From Thermoproteota archaeon (GTDB lineage: Archaea > Korarchaeota > JAOZGF01 > JAOZFZ01), in NCBI GenBank assembly GCA_027492035.1, contig JAOZFT010000004.1, positions 1-64,000 on the forward strand: 64,000 bases of DNA, written 5' to 3'. This document shows positions 29,849 to 39,125 of this stretch, piece after piece. Each line of letters begins with the position of its first letter. Position 1 is the first letter of the stretch. Both the position numbers and the translations under genes were made by a program. The notes under the pieces are model-generated. The model worked only from the letters and a program-made list of their open reading frames with translations, was not told the DNA's origin and ran no database searches.

Positions 29849-30610
29849 ATGGCTCCCTTAAATATTAATGAAAGAGTTTCTGTTGTTCTTGTTGAACCTG
29901 AAAGCCCTGGGAACATTGGTTTAATAGCGAGAGTAATGAAAAATTTTGGGTTTAGGAAATTGGTGGTGGTTAATCCACGTTGCGAAGTAAGAAGTAATGA
30001 AGCCTTGTCAAGAGCCATGCATGCAAGGGATATCCTTGAAGAAATCACTTTCTTCAACTGTTTAGAAGACTTGAAAAAGGTGAACGACTTGGTAGTTGCC
30101 ACAACGAGCAGGCTTGAATCTAGAACTAACGTTAAAAAGTTTTACCTTACACCCAAGGAGTTGGCTGAAAAAATAGTTAACAGCAATTACAAAGTTGCGT
30201 TGGTTTTCGGGAGGGAGAGCATAGGATTAACTAGGAAAGAAATAGATAAATGCGACTTGACAGCAAGAATAAATACCAACAAGGAATACAGGGTTTTAAA
30301 TATATCCCATGCGGTAGCCATTTTCCTTTATGTAATTTCAGATTTAAGTATTGAAAGAGGGAAGGAAAGGGGGAAGTTGAGTATTCCTTCTTCATTGGCT
30401 TCTAGGAAAGAAATGGATTTACTTGTTTCTTGGATGAGGGAGGCAGTGGATGTCTCTTCAAAAAACATAACGAGTAGGAATAGAAAAATCGCTTTTGAGA
30501 AGGTATTTAAAAGAAGTCTAATGAGAAAAAGGGAGGCTTACATATTAACAGGTTTTTTCCGAAACATTTATGAGTGTTTAACAAAAAATAAGATTAATAA
30601 GAGAAAATGA
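29849..30610 (+). CDS. trmJ: TrmJ/LasT SPOUT tRNA methyltransferase
   Basis: VLVEP..PGNIG..ARVMKNFG, FGRES.GL and LNISHAV. Confidence 0.9.
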   Translation: MAPLNINERVSVVLVEPESPGNIGLIARVMKNFGFRKLVVVNPRCEVRSNEALSRAMHARDILEEITFFNCLEDLKKVNDLVVATTSRLESRTNVKKFYLTPKELAEKIVNSNYKVALVFGRESIGLTRKEIDKCDLTARINTNKEYRVLNISHAVAIFLYVISDLSIERGKERGKLSIPSSLASRKEMDLLVSWMREAVDVSSKNITSRNRKIAFEKVFKRSLMRKREAYILTGFFRNIYECLTKNKINKRK

Positions 30611-30637
30611 AACGATCCCTTTTTTATGTAGATGGGA

Positions 30638-30738
30638 GCCGGGGTTGCCGAGTTAGGTTTAAGGCGGCGGACTCGAGATAAAAGAAAAGAAATCCGTTGG
30701 CTCTTGGAGCCACGTGGGTTCAAATCCCACCCCCGGCG
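30638..30738 (+). tRNA. tRNA-Ser(CGA) with a 14-nt intron at the canonical 37/38 position (30678-30691); CCA not encoded
   Basis: Acceptor GCCGGGG/CCCCGGC plus G73; anticodon stem GCGGA/TCCGT with CT-CGA-G; long variable arm TGGCTC-TTG-GAGCCA; T arm GTGGG-TTCAAAT-CCCAC. Confidence 0.93.
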
Positions 30739-31105
30739 CTCTGGCACAACCACATGTCCCTCACCAATAAAGGAGTAAAGGATAAGAATAAATTAAAGGT
30801 TTCCACGTATTGCTTTCCAACAACTTCTTTCACCTTCACCTTGCTACCTGAAATTAACACCCTCCTATTTGCAAGAAATTAAATTTGGGCTAGTCTTAAC
30901 TTTGAGTGATAATCATGGCCAGTAGAAAAGTTACGATTTAGGTGACAGGTTTATGTTATCGTTTAAAACATCAAGCGAGATTTTCAGAAAGCGTCCAATT
31001 ACACAAGGACTTAAATGGAGGGGCAGTATAATTAAGATACGAAGGGTTGTGAAAATTAAAAAGTAAGCTCGAGACTTAATTAAGTTTTTCAGCTGAGAAA
31101 CTTAA

Positions 31106-31831
31106 TTAACTTCCACATCCGCAACCTTCACTAGGTAATTTCTCAACAACTGTTACATTTACTCTTTGGATTATTGACACAGGGTTAAAACCTCCTTTAG
31201 CAGCTAACACAGTAAAGGTGGCTGTAGTGTTTTCAGGTGTTGGAGTCCAAAGAAAAACTGTTTTTCCGTTCTTACCAGTGAAATTTACTGTGCGATACCA
31301 AAACTTACCCACATCAGATTCTATACTTACAGTAGCATCTCTCAAAGGGATTTCTTCATTGTTTAAAGGTATAAATACTGACACAACCACTTTCACTGAG
31401 TAATTTGCAAGCCACTGCTTTTTAGTGAATATTACAGGGTTTGGACAGCTGAATCCAAGTTTGAATTCACCAGGAGCCACTGAAAAATATTTTTCAGCCA
31501 AAACTTTGCCGTTTTCACCTGTTAGAACCAGTTTATATGGCCCTATTCCGTCTTCCTCCTTAAAAGTAAAGGTTAAGTTGATATTGTTAGGGGAAGCAGC
31601 TAAAGTTTTTCTTCTCACCTCTTTACCGCTCACTTGGTTGATGATTGAAACAGTAACTTCTCCGTTGTATTTATTGTTAAATTTAATTCCCAAATTCAGT
31701 TTTTTGTAGAGAGGAACTGATTTACTTATTTCAATTTCAACGGGTTTTTTTAAAGTCACTGGGTAAAGAAGAGCAATGATTACTATTAAAGCAACCAACG
31801 CAACCAGTAACTGAGAAAAATTAATTTTCAT
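31106..31831 (-). CDS. Membrane-anchored/secreted beta-rich (Ig-like) hypothetical protein
   Basis: N-terminal TM, NxT/S sequons, GPYKLVL and TGKNGK; ends EGCGCGS. Confidence 0.7.
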   Translation of the reverse strand: MKINFSQLLVALVALIVIIALLYPVTLKKPVEIEISKSVPLYKKLNLGIKFNNKYNGEVTVSIINQVSGKEVRRKTLAASPNNINLTFTFKEEDGIGPYKLVLTGENGKVLAEKYFSVAPGEFKLGFSCPNPVIFTKKQWLANYSVKVVVSVFIPLNNEEIPLRDATVSIESDVGKFWYRTVNFTGKNGKTVFLWTPTPENTTATFTVLAAKGGFNPVSIIQRVNVTVVEKLPSEGCGCGS

Positions 31832-31966
31832 TCTCCCCTCCTCTGAAAATATTGGTTCTTAATTTCTTCCTGGGTTTCTTCCCTAGCCTTACTTTTCCAC
31901 ACCTAAACCGTTAAAACACACCCTTTATTTAAATATTTCGATGGCTTCCTTGTTTAGGAGAAATCA

Positions 31967-32569
31967 TTAAAAAACTAGGATTTCGAAGTACTCTCTCTTT
32001 TTAGGCATCACAATAAAACCTTCTTCCTTGTCACCATAAGAAACTGTTCTTCTCAACAAATGGAGGTAAGCCACTAAAGCAGCAGTTAACGCATCTATTT
32101 CATGAATTGAAATTTTCTTCCTTAAAAACTTCAAACCTAACCTTTCAAATTCTTTCTTGAGAAGATCCACCTTCTTTTTACTTTCAAACCCAAAAATTTT
32201 TTGCGCCCCCCTTGGAAAGACTTCAATCACTTCCACCCCTTTCTTCCTGATTTCTTTGCTTAACTTTATCCCTCTATTCGTTAATTTTACCATACTAGGC
32301 AAATTGAAAGACAAAACCTTTATTTTTTTAGCAAGGAGTTGTTTCTCACAAGATCTTAGAAGAATTTTTTCCTTACCTCTCCTTTTTAGAGGGAAGCTAA
32401 GGGGGGAATCTATACTTACTAATGTAGGTTTCACTCCATGAATAAATTCTATTATTTCATGGTTAGAGTAAAGGATAAAAGTGTTGGCGGAACCTTTTTT
32501 TAACACACAAATACCTGAAGGATTGTTTTGTTCTGCAGCTAAATCTACACCAACTACTGTGTCTTTCAA
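31967..32569 (-). CDS. DUF429 family RNase H-fold nuclease
   Basis: GVDLAA, IDSPLS, IEVFP, HEIDA and GDKEEGFI. Confidence 0.88.
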   Translation of the reverse strand: MKDTVVGVDLAAEQNNPSGICVLKKGSANTFILYSNHEIIEFIHGVKPTLVSIDSPLSFPLKRRGKEKILLRSCEKQLLAKKIKVLSFNLPSMVKLTNRGIKLSKEIRKKGVEVIEVFPRGAQKIFGFESKKKVDLLKKEFERLGLKFLRKKISIHEIDALTAALVAYLHLLRRTVSYGDKEEGFIVMPKKREYFEILVF

Positions 32570-32575
32570 ACTGGG

Positions 32576-32779
32576 TCACGGAATTTTGAAGGAATACTTC
32601 TCTCTCAACCTCTTCAAAACAGCCTCTGGTTTTAACTCTTCAAAATCTTCCAAGTTGGCTTCAATTATTTCTTCAGCTTTCTTCCTCAGTTCAGGATTTA
32701 AATCTTTTAACCCTTCCTCAATGTGTTTAGGCACTTTCTTCCTTTTAAGGAAGTCTTCAGGCCTTAAAACCTTCCCCAT
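32576..32779 (-). CDS. Small hypothetical protein
   Basis: 67 aa, GGGTG RBS, typical charged composition, directly upstream of the DUF429 gene. Confidence 0.6.
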   Translation of the reverse strand: MGKVLRPEDFLKRKKVPKHIEEGLKDLNPELRKKAEEIIEANLEDFEELKPEAVLKRLREKYSFKIP

Positions 32780-32894
32780 TCAATCACCCTTCCAAAAATT
32801 TTCAACAATGAACTAAAGAAATAAAACCTCTCCTTTCCTTTAAAAATAAATAATTAAAGAATCGAGGAATTAAAGGGTTTTATTTTCAAAGGGA

Positions 32895-33929
32895 GTGACT
32901 ACCAAGTTGGGAGTTAACTTAAAACCTTTAATCAGTCCTGAAAAAACAAGTTTTGAAAAATTAACAGGCAAAGTTTTAGCATTTGACGCAAACAACATGC
33001 TTTACCAGTTTCTAGCTTTAATTAGAACCTCAAAGGGCGAATTATTCAAAGATTCACAAGGAAGAGTAACTTCACACTTAAACGGCTTAATTTTCAGACT
33101 GACAAAGTTTTTAGACTACAACATAAAGCCTGTACTTGTCTTCGACGGCCCTCCTCTAAAACTAAAAATGGAAACTTTGAAAAAGAGAAGAAAACAAAGG
33201 GAAAAAGCTGAAAAAGAATGGCTGGAAGCTTTAAAGGAGGAAGACTATTTTAAAGCTTGGTCAAAAGCTGTTCAAACTTCAACGTTAACAAAGCAAATGG
33301 TTAAAGAAACAAAGGAACTCTTAACTTACATGGGTATTCCATTTGTGCAAGCCCCTTCAGATGCAGAGGCGCAAGCTGCTTACATGGCATCAAGAAAACA
33401 AGTTTACGCCTCATGTTCAAGAGATTACGACTCTATTTTATTCGGTTCACCTAGACTGTTGAGGTACCTAACATTTACTGGAAAAAAGTACCTAAGGACA
33501 AAAAAATCCTGGTATAGGTTAACACCGGAAAAAATTGAACTGAAGAAAATATTAAAGGAGTTAAAAATTACGAGGCAGCAGCTTGTGGATATAGCTTTAC
33601 TTGTAGGCACTGACTTCAATGAAGGAGTGAGGAGGATAGGGCCGAAAAAAGCTTATTTATTGGTTAAAAAATATGGCGGGATAAAGGAGTTAATAGAAAG
33701 TGGAAAAATCAGTTTCAAAGGAGATGTAGATGCTTTAAGAAAAATTTTTCTGGAACCGAAAGTGATAGATTGCGTAATAACATGGCACAAGCCAGACCGT
33801 GAAAACTTGATAAGCTTCCTTTGTGAAGAGAGAAACTTCAAAGAAGAAAGGGTTGAAACAGTGATAAAAAGACTTAATTCCTTTTTTGAAACACAGAAAC
33901 AATTAACTATTCAGAAATGGACGAACTAA
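32895..33929 (+). CDS. fen: Flap endonuclease 1
   Basis: LYQFL..IR...G....DSQGRVTSHL, FDG, EAQAA, DYDS, GTDFN and C-terminal PIP box QLTIQKW. Confidence 0.96.
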   Translation: MTTKLGVNLKPLISPEKTSFEKLTGKVLAFDANNMLYQFLALIRTSKGELFKDSQGRVTSHLNGLIFRLTKFLDYNIKPVLVFDGPPLKLKMETLKKRRKQREKAEKEWLEALKEEDYFKAWSKAVQTSTLTKQMVKETKELLTYMGIPFVQAPSDAEAQAAYMASRKQVYASCSRDYDSILFGSPRLLRYLTFTGKKYLRTKKSWYRLTPEKIELKKILKELKITRQQLVDIALLVGTDFNEGVRRIGPKKAYLLVKKYGGIKELIESGKISFKGDVDALRKIFLEPKVIDCVITWHKPDRENLISFLCEERNFKEERVETVIKRLNSFFETQKQLTIQKWTN

Positions 33930-33955
33930 TTTTTTGAAGGAAGGGTGGAAAGTAA

Positions 33956-34258
33956 ATGAAGAAATATAAAGTTGTAATTGAAGTTGTGGATGTGAAGGGT
34001 TACTGTCCCCTCTATAAGGAGGGTGATAGAGTTACAGCTGAAAACTTCTATTTTAAAACAAGAGAATCTTCAAATATTTGTTTACATGCTTTCGTTTCTA
34101 TGTCAACTTTATTGTCTTCATTTTTGCACGGGGTTTCGGCTAAGGATTTGGGTTTAAGTGAAAAAGAGGATGAAGGCTTCTTGGAATGTCCAGACCCTGG
34201 CCCCCCTTACACAAAGGGTGGAAGAGTAGTTTTTAAGTTGAGGAGAATACCAGTTTAA
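33956..34258 (+). CDS. TIGR04076 family protein
   Basis: KGYCPLYKEGD, ICLHA and CPDPGPPYT.GG.V.F. Confidence 0.85.
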   Translation: MKKYKVVIEVVDVKGYCPLYKEGDRVTAENFYFKTRESSNICLHAFVSMSTLLSSFLHGVSAKDLGLSEKEDEGFLECPDPGPPYTKGGRVVFKLRRIPV

Positions 34259-34276
34259 AGAGGGTGCCTTTAAACA

Positions 34277-35455
34277 ATGAAAATTTGCATTGTAGCCGGA
34301 GTGAGGCCAAACTTTGTTAAAATAGCTCCCCTTTATAAGGAGTTAAGCAGAAGTAAAAAACATCAATTGTTAATCGTTCACACAGGCCAGCATTTCAACA
34401 ACTCCCTTTCAAAAGTTTTCTTTGAACAACTCAACATACCTAAACCTGATTATTACTTAAACGTGAATTTTGGGAGTATAGCATCCCAGTATTCCTTGCT
34501 GCTTCCACGTTTAAGTAAAGTTTTAAGCGCGGAGAAACCTGATTTAGTTACTGTAGTAGGGGATGCAAACCCATCTTTTGCAGCGTCCTTAACTTCAGCA
34601 TTAAACCAAATACCAGTAGCACATGTGGAGGCTGGGTATAGGAGTATGGATTACAGAATGCCTGAGGAAATAAACAGGGTTTTAACGGATAAATTATCCA
34701 CTCTCCTTTTCGCACCAACAGGAACAGCTAAAAGAAACCTTTTAAGTGAAGGGTTCAGCCCAGAACAAATTTTCTTCGTAGGAAACATAATGATTGATTC
34801 ACTTAAAATGTTTAAAGAGAAATATGAAAAATCAAGGATAATGGATAGGTTAAACCTAGAAAAAAAAGGCTTCTGTTTAGTGACTATACATAGAAGAGAA
34901 AACGTGACTGACCAGGGGAATTTATCGAAAATTGTAAAAATAATTTTCGAAGTCCAGAAGAGGATAAAAACAATTTTTCCGATTCACCCGCTCACTAGAA
35001 AAAAAATGGCTGAAATAAATTTGCTGAAAAAAATTGAAAATATGGAAAATCTTCTCTTAGCAGAACCTTTACCTTATTTTGACTTCATTAAGTTGGAGAA
35101 AGAAAGTTTGTTTGTGGTAACTGACTCAGGAGGAGTGCAAGAAGAAACAACTTACTTCCAGAAACCTTGTTTAACCTTAAGATACAACACGGAGAGGGTT
35201 GAAACAGTTTTGAAAGGGACTAACAGACTTGTAGGGCTCGAAATAGAGCTTGTAAAAAAATATATAAGGAAAATAGAGAAAGGGGAATGGTTTGAAGGAA
35301 CAATCCCTATAAGATGGGACGGAGAAACTGCTGCACGAATCAGAAGAATACTTGAAAACTGGAGTAAACCAGTAAATTGGTTAAACATGTTAGAGAAGGG
35401 AGTGCCTATTAAAGAGATAAAATTTGATATTCAGTGGAAAAAATTCAATTTATGA
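34277..35455 (+). CDS. wecB: UDP-N-acetylglucosamine 2-epimerase (non-hydrolysing)
   Basis: GVRPNFVK, HTGQH, HVEAG.RS, MPEEINR, TDSGGVQEE and TER. Confidence 0.95.
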   Translation: MKICIVAGVRPNFVKIAPLYKELSRSKKHQLLIVHTGQHFNNSLSKVFFEQLNIPKPDYYLNVNFGSIASQYSLLLPRLSKVLSAEKPDLVTVVGDANPSFAASLTSALNQIPVAHVEAGYRSMDYRMPEEINRVLTDKLSTLLFAPTGTAKRNLLSEGFSPEQIFFVGNIMIDSLKMFKEKYEKSRIMDRLNLEKKGFCLVTIHRRENVTDQGNLSKIVKIIFEVQKRIKTIFPIHPLTRKKMAEINLLKKIENMENLLLAEPLPYFDFIKLEKESLFVVTDSGGVQEETTYFQKPCLTLRYNTERVETVLKGTNRLVGLEIELVKKYIRKIEKGEWFEGTIPIRWDGETAARIRRILENWSKPVNWLNMLEKGVPIKEIKFDIQWKKFNL

Positions 35456-35629
35456 CGGTATTTTTTTCAAAATTAACCAAGAAAAAACCTTTTCCTGATT
35501 AAATTTATTCCGAAGCACATAGAATTTTTTACAACAAAATAAAAAGTTTTTAAAAAAGACAAGCATGTTTTCTTCCTTTTCAAAGGGAAAACTCCTTTAC
35601 CAAAAATTTTTAGGAGAGGTTTAAGCGAA

Positions 35630-36880
35630 ATGTCAACTAAAAAAATAAACCCCTTCGAAGAAATGTTAAAGGTATTAAAAAGAACTGCCGACCTATTAAA
35701 GCTTGACTCCGGCACATATGAGATTTTAAGCCATCCAAAAGAAGTGTTAACGGTTTCTTTACCTGTAAAAATGGATAATGGTTCAATAAAAGTGTTTCAA
35801 GGATACAGAGTTCACTACAATGATGCCCGAGGACCCACTAAAGGAGGGATAAGGTATCACCCTAATGTGAACCTAGATGAAGTGAAAGCATTAGCTGCAT
35901 GGATGACGTGGAAAACAGCGGTAGTGAACATTCCCTATGGTGGAGCAAAAGGAGGGATAACATGTAACCCTAAAGAAATGTCTGAAAGAGAACTTGAGAT
36001 GTTAACCAGAAAATATGCATCGGCAATAGCTAAATTTGTGGGTGTAGATTTAGACATACCTGCCCCTGACGTAAACACGAACCCTCAAACAATGGCTTGG
36101 TTCTTTGATGAATACGTAAAGATAAAAGGGGAAGTCCTTCCAGGAGTGATTACCGCTAAACCTTTAAGCATAGGAGGCTCTCAAGGAAGATCTTATGCGA
36201 CAGGAAGAGGTGTCTTTTTCACAGGCTTAGAAGCCTTAAAAACCAAAAACATAAACGTAAAAGGTGCAAAAGTTTCAATTCAAGGGTACGGCAACGCGGG
36301 ATATTACTCAGCAAAGTTTTTCCATGAAGCAGGAGCAAAAATAATAGCTGTAAGCGACTCAAAAGGAGGAGCCTACAGCCCTGACGGGATGGACCCTGAC
36401 AAACTGCTTGAATTCAAAAAGAAAACGAAGACTGTTAAAGGATTCCCAGGCAGCGACGAAACAGATACTAGAGCTCCTTTATTCACAGAATGTGACATAG
36501 TCATACCTGCTGCTTTAGAAGATCAAATAACCAGTGAAAACGTGGACAAAGTGAAAGCAAAAATAGTTTTAGAGGCAGCTAATGGACCAACAACAACCGA
36601 AGCAACGCAGTCGCTTTTTGAGAGGGACATACTGGTAGTGCCAGATATATTAGCGAACGCAGGTGGTGTAACAGTAAGTTATTTCGAGTGGGTCCAAAAC
36701 AGGCAAGGATATTACTGGACAGAGGAAGAGGTGGATGAGAAACTGAGGAAAATAATGACTCAAGCTTTTAGAGATGTCTATCAAACATCTCAAGAGTACA
36801 AAGTGGATATGAGGACTGGCGCTTACCTTGTAGCTGTTAAAAGAGTTGTTGAAGCCATGAAAGCTAGAGGGTGGATTTAA
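35630..36880 (+). CDS. gdhA: Glutamate dehydrogenase
   Basis: GPTKGGIRYHP, GGAKGG, PAPDVNT, QGYGNAG, EAANGP and NAGGVTVSYFEW. Confidence 0.96.
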   Translation: MSTKKINPFEEMLKVLKRTADLLKLDSGTYEILSHPKEVLTVSLPVKMDNGSIKVFQGYRVHYNDARGPTKGGIRYHPNVNLDEVKALAAWMTWKTAVVNIPYGGAKGGITCNPKEMSERELEMLTRKYASAIAKFVGVDLDIPAPDVNTNPQTMAWFFDEYVKIKGEVLPGVITAKPLSIGGSQGRSYATGRGVFFTGLEALKTKNINVKGAKVSIQGYGNAGYYSAKFFHEAGAKIIAVSDSKGGAYSPDGMDPDKLLEFKKKTKTVKGFPGSDETDTRAPLFTECDIVIPAALEDQITSENVDKVKAKIVLEAANGPTTTEATQSLFERDILVVPDILANAGGVTVSYFEWVQNRQGYYWTEEEVDEKLRKIMTQAFRDVYQTSQEYKVDMRTGAYLVAVKRVVEAMKARGWI

Positions 36881-37029
36881 GAGCATCCCCCCTTAAGTGA
36901 ACTTTCCCTTAACTTCTTTCTAAAACCACCTACTTTTTTATTTCCTTAAAAAAGGCTTTTTAAAAATTTTTAGGAAACATACACAAATTTTAGGCTTAAA
37001 ACCATCTAAGCCCTTCCTTAAACATCAAT

Positions 37030-37074
37030 CCTCTACCGCTTTTTTCTTTTTGAAAAGAAAAAAGGAGGTAGGGG
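37030..37074. terminator. Probable bidirectional terminator between convergent gdhA and ferredoxin
   Basis: CCTCTACCG-CTTTTTTCTTTT-TG-AAAAGAAAAAAG-GAGGTAGGGG: perfect 12-bp inner arms, imperfect outer arms, T-tracts on both strands. Confidence 0.6.
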
Positions 37075-37095
37075 CTCTTTGCACCCCTATGTCAT

Positions 37096-37284
37096 TTATT
37101 CAAGAGTTATTGATTCCGTTGGGCAGGACTCTACACAGGCATTACATTCGGTACAGCTTTCAGGATGAACTACAACAGATTTTTCATCCTTTATTTCGAA
37201 ACAGTTGGGATCTGCTGGACACACGCTTTCACAGACCCCACAACCAATACATGTTTCTGCATTCACAACAGGTTTTTTTGCCAT
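37096..37284 (-). CDS. 2x[4Fe-4S] ferredoxin
   Basis: CIGCGVCESVCP and CTECNACVESCP. Confidence 0.95.
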   Translation of the reverse strand: MAKKPVVNAETCIGCGVCESVCPADPNCFEIKDEKSVVVHPESCTECNACVESCPTESITLE

Positions 37285-37502
37285 ACATCTTCACCCCCTT
37301 CTTTTTAAGTTCATCAGGTTTCAGAGAAATGAAAGGGATTGTTTAGGAAATTCTTTTGAGGAAGGTAATTGAATTTTATTTAAGTTTTTTGTATATATGT
37401 TTAGGGTTTGAATTTTTCCTTAGCTGTCTTCATTCAGGTTTAAAAACACTGAATAGGGCTTTTGTTGGTTATTTTTCTTTAGATGGAGGCTGAAGTGATA
37501 AA

Positions 37503-38090
37503 ATGATTTCAGCTATTGTTCTTGCAGCCGGCAAATCTGAAAGAATGGGTAAAAATAAGCTTTTGCTTGAAATTAATGGAGAAACCATGATTGAACACGT
37601 AATTAAGGCTTTGCAGGAATCAAAAGTTGAAGAGATAATTGCGGTGGTGGGCTTTTACGCAGAAGAACTCACAAAAATTTTGAAAAAGTATAACGTTAAG
37701 GTAGTATTTAATAAGGATTACGAGAAAGGAATGACTTCTTCATTTAAGAAAGGTGTTGAGAACTTAAGTAGGGAATGTGAAGCCTTCTTCTTGGTTTTAG
37801 GGGATCAACCTTTCATAAAAAAGGAAATAATTAATAAGTTGATAGAGAGGTACAGGGAGAGAAGGGCATTAATTGTTTCCCCTATCTACAAAGGTAAAAA
37901 GGGACATCCTGTTCTTTTCGATAAAAAATTGAAAAAGGAGATTCTAAGTTTAAAGGAGGAAGAAGTAGTTAGGGATATAATCCATAGGCATGTGGATGAT
38001 GTTTTGCTAGTTGAAGCCCCTATGAATGTTATTATGGATATTGACACAAAAGAAGATTATGAAAGAATTGTTAAGAAGTTGAAGAAGTAA
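37503..38090 (+). CDS. mocA: Molybdenum cofactor cytidylyltransferase (MocA-like)
   Basis: LAAGKSERMG.NKLLL, GM.SS, LGDQP, GHPVLF and DIDT.EDY; adjacent to xdhC. Confidence 0.88.
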   Translation: MISAIVLAAGKSERMGKNKLLLEINGETMIEHVIKALQESKVEEIIAVVGFYAEELTKILKKYNVKVVFNKDYEKGMTSSFKKGVENLSRECEAFFLVLGDQPFIKKEIINKLIERYRERRALIVSPIYKGKKGHPVLFDKKLKKEILSLKEEEVVRDIIHRHVDDVLLVEAPMNVIMDIDTKEDYERIVKKLKK

Positions 38091-38094
38091 TTAC

Positions 38095-38934
38095 TCACTT
38101 CCGTCTTTCCTTTATTATTTCAGCCATTGTAGAGACAGCTATTTCTTCTGGAGTTTCTGCATTTATGTCTAAACCCATTGGAGCCTTAATTCTCTCCAAA
38201 GCTTCTTCAGTAAATCCCTCGTTTCGAAGTTCAGAGAAAACAACTTTTGCTTTATGTTTACTTCCCAACATACCTATATATCTAACATTTTTCCTTAAAA
38301 TATTCCTTAGAATTTCTTTTGAAGGCTCCACTTCACCTAATGTTATAGCTATAAACACTTCTTCTCCTTCAGGTATTTCTTGTGAAGCTTGACTATAATT
38401 TTCATGTTTAATTGTTGCAAAGGGAATTTCTTCTTTACCAATTGATTCTTCCTCATCTATGACAGTGACTTCAAACCCTGATAAGGCACCTATTTTAGCT
38501 ATGGATTTACCTACATAGCTTCCCCCAAAGATGATTAATTTCGGTTTAGGTTTAACCACATCAACAAACACCTTTATTACGCCGCCACACACTAAACCTG
38601 TTTTCTTTCTCGTTTTATCTGTTAACATCAACTCCACAACAGAAGGTTTACCTTTCTTAAAGACTTCCAAAGCTTTCTTAACTATAAATTTTTCCACGCT
38701 CCACCCTCCAATTGTGCCATGACGTTCACCATTGCTTAAAACAATCATTTTCGCTCCAGGTTCACGGGGGGCAAACCCCCTTTTTTCAATCACTGTGCAA
38801 ATGGCGAAGCTTTCTCCTTTATTTAAAAGTTCTGTTGCTTTCTTGAAAATTTCTAGGTCAGAAACCCCTACTTCTGAAAGTATTTTTTCCAAAACAGTTC
38901 GCCCCGTTCTAAACCTCCCCAAAATAAAAAACAT
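38095..38934 (-). CDS. xdhC: XdhC/CoxI xanthine dehydrogenase accessory factor
   Basis: PR.PGAKM, GTIGG..E, GLVCGG, YIGMLGS and P.GLDI.AETPEEIAVS; true start probably somewhat downstream. Confidence 0.9.
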   Translation of the reverse strand: MFFILGRFRTGRTVLEKILSEVGVSDLEIFKKATELLNKGESFAICTVIEKRGFAPREPGAKMIVLSNGERHGTIGGWSVEKFIVKKALEVFKKGKPSVVELMLTDKTRKKTGLVCGGVIKVFVDVVKPKPKLIIFGGSYVGKSIAKIGALSGFEVTVIDEEESIGKEEIPFATIKHENYSQASQEIPEGEEVFIAITLGEVEPSKEILRNILRKNVRYIGMLGSKHKAKVVFSELRNEGFTEEALERIKAPMGLDINAETPEEIAVSTMAEIIKERRK

Positions 38935-39125
38935 TAAAAAAGATAAATAAAGTAGCTGTTCCTTTTCCAGGTTCGAGGAAAAATTAAAAAGTTAAATTAG
39001 TTCCTAAAACCTTTAAATTTTTAAGGGAATGTTAAGCTTCAGAAATTCAGAGGAGACGTCTCAGAATTTCGCGAGACTTTTTTGGGAATATTAAAGTTTT
39101 TCTTTTGTTTATGGAATTAGTTTAA

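Noticed and set aside
30739-31105. Integrated element at tRNA-Ser
   Set aside because: No duplicate of the tRNA 3' end and no integrase in the window; flanking genes are not virus-like.
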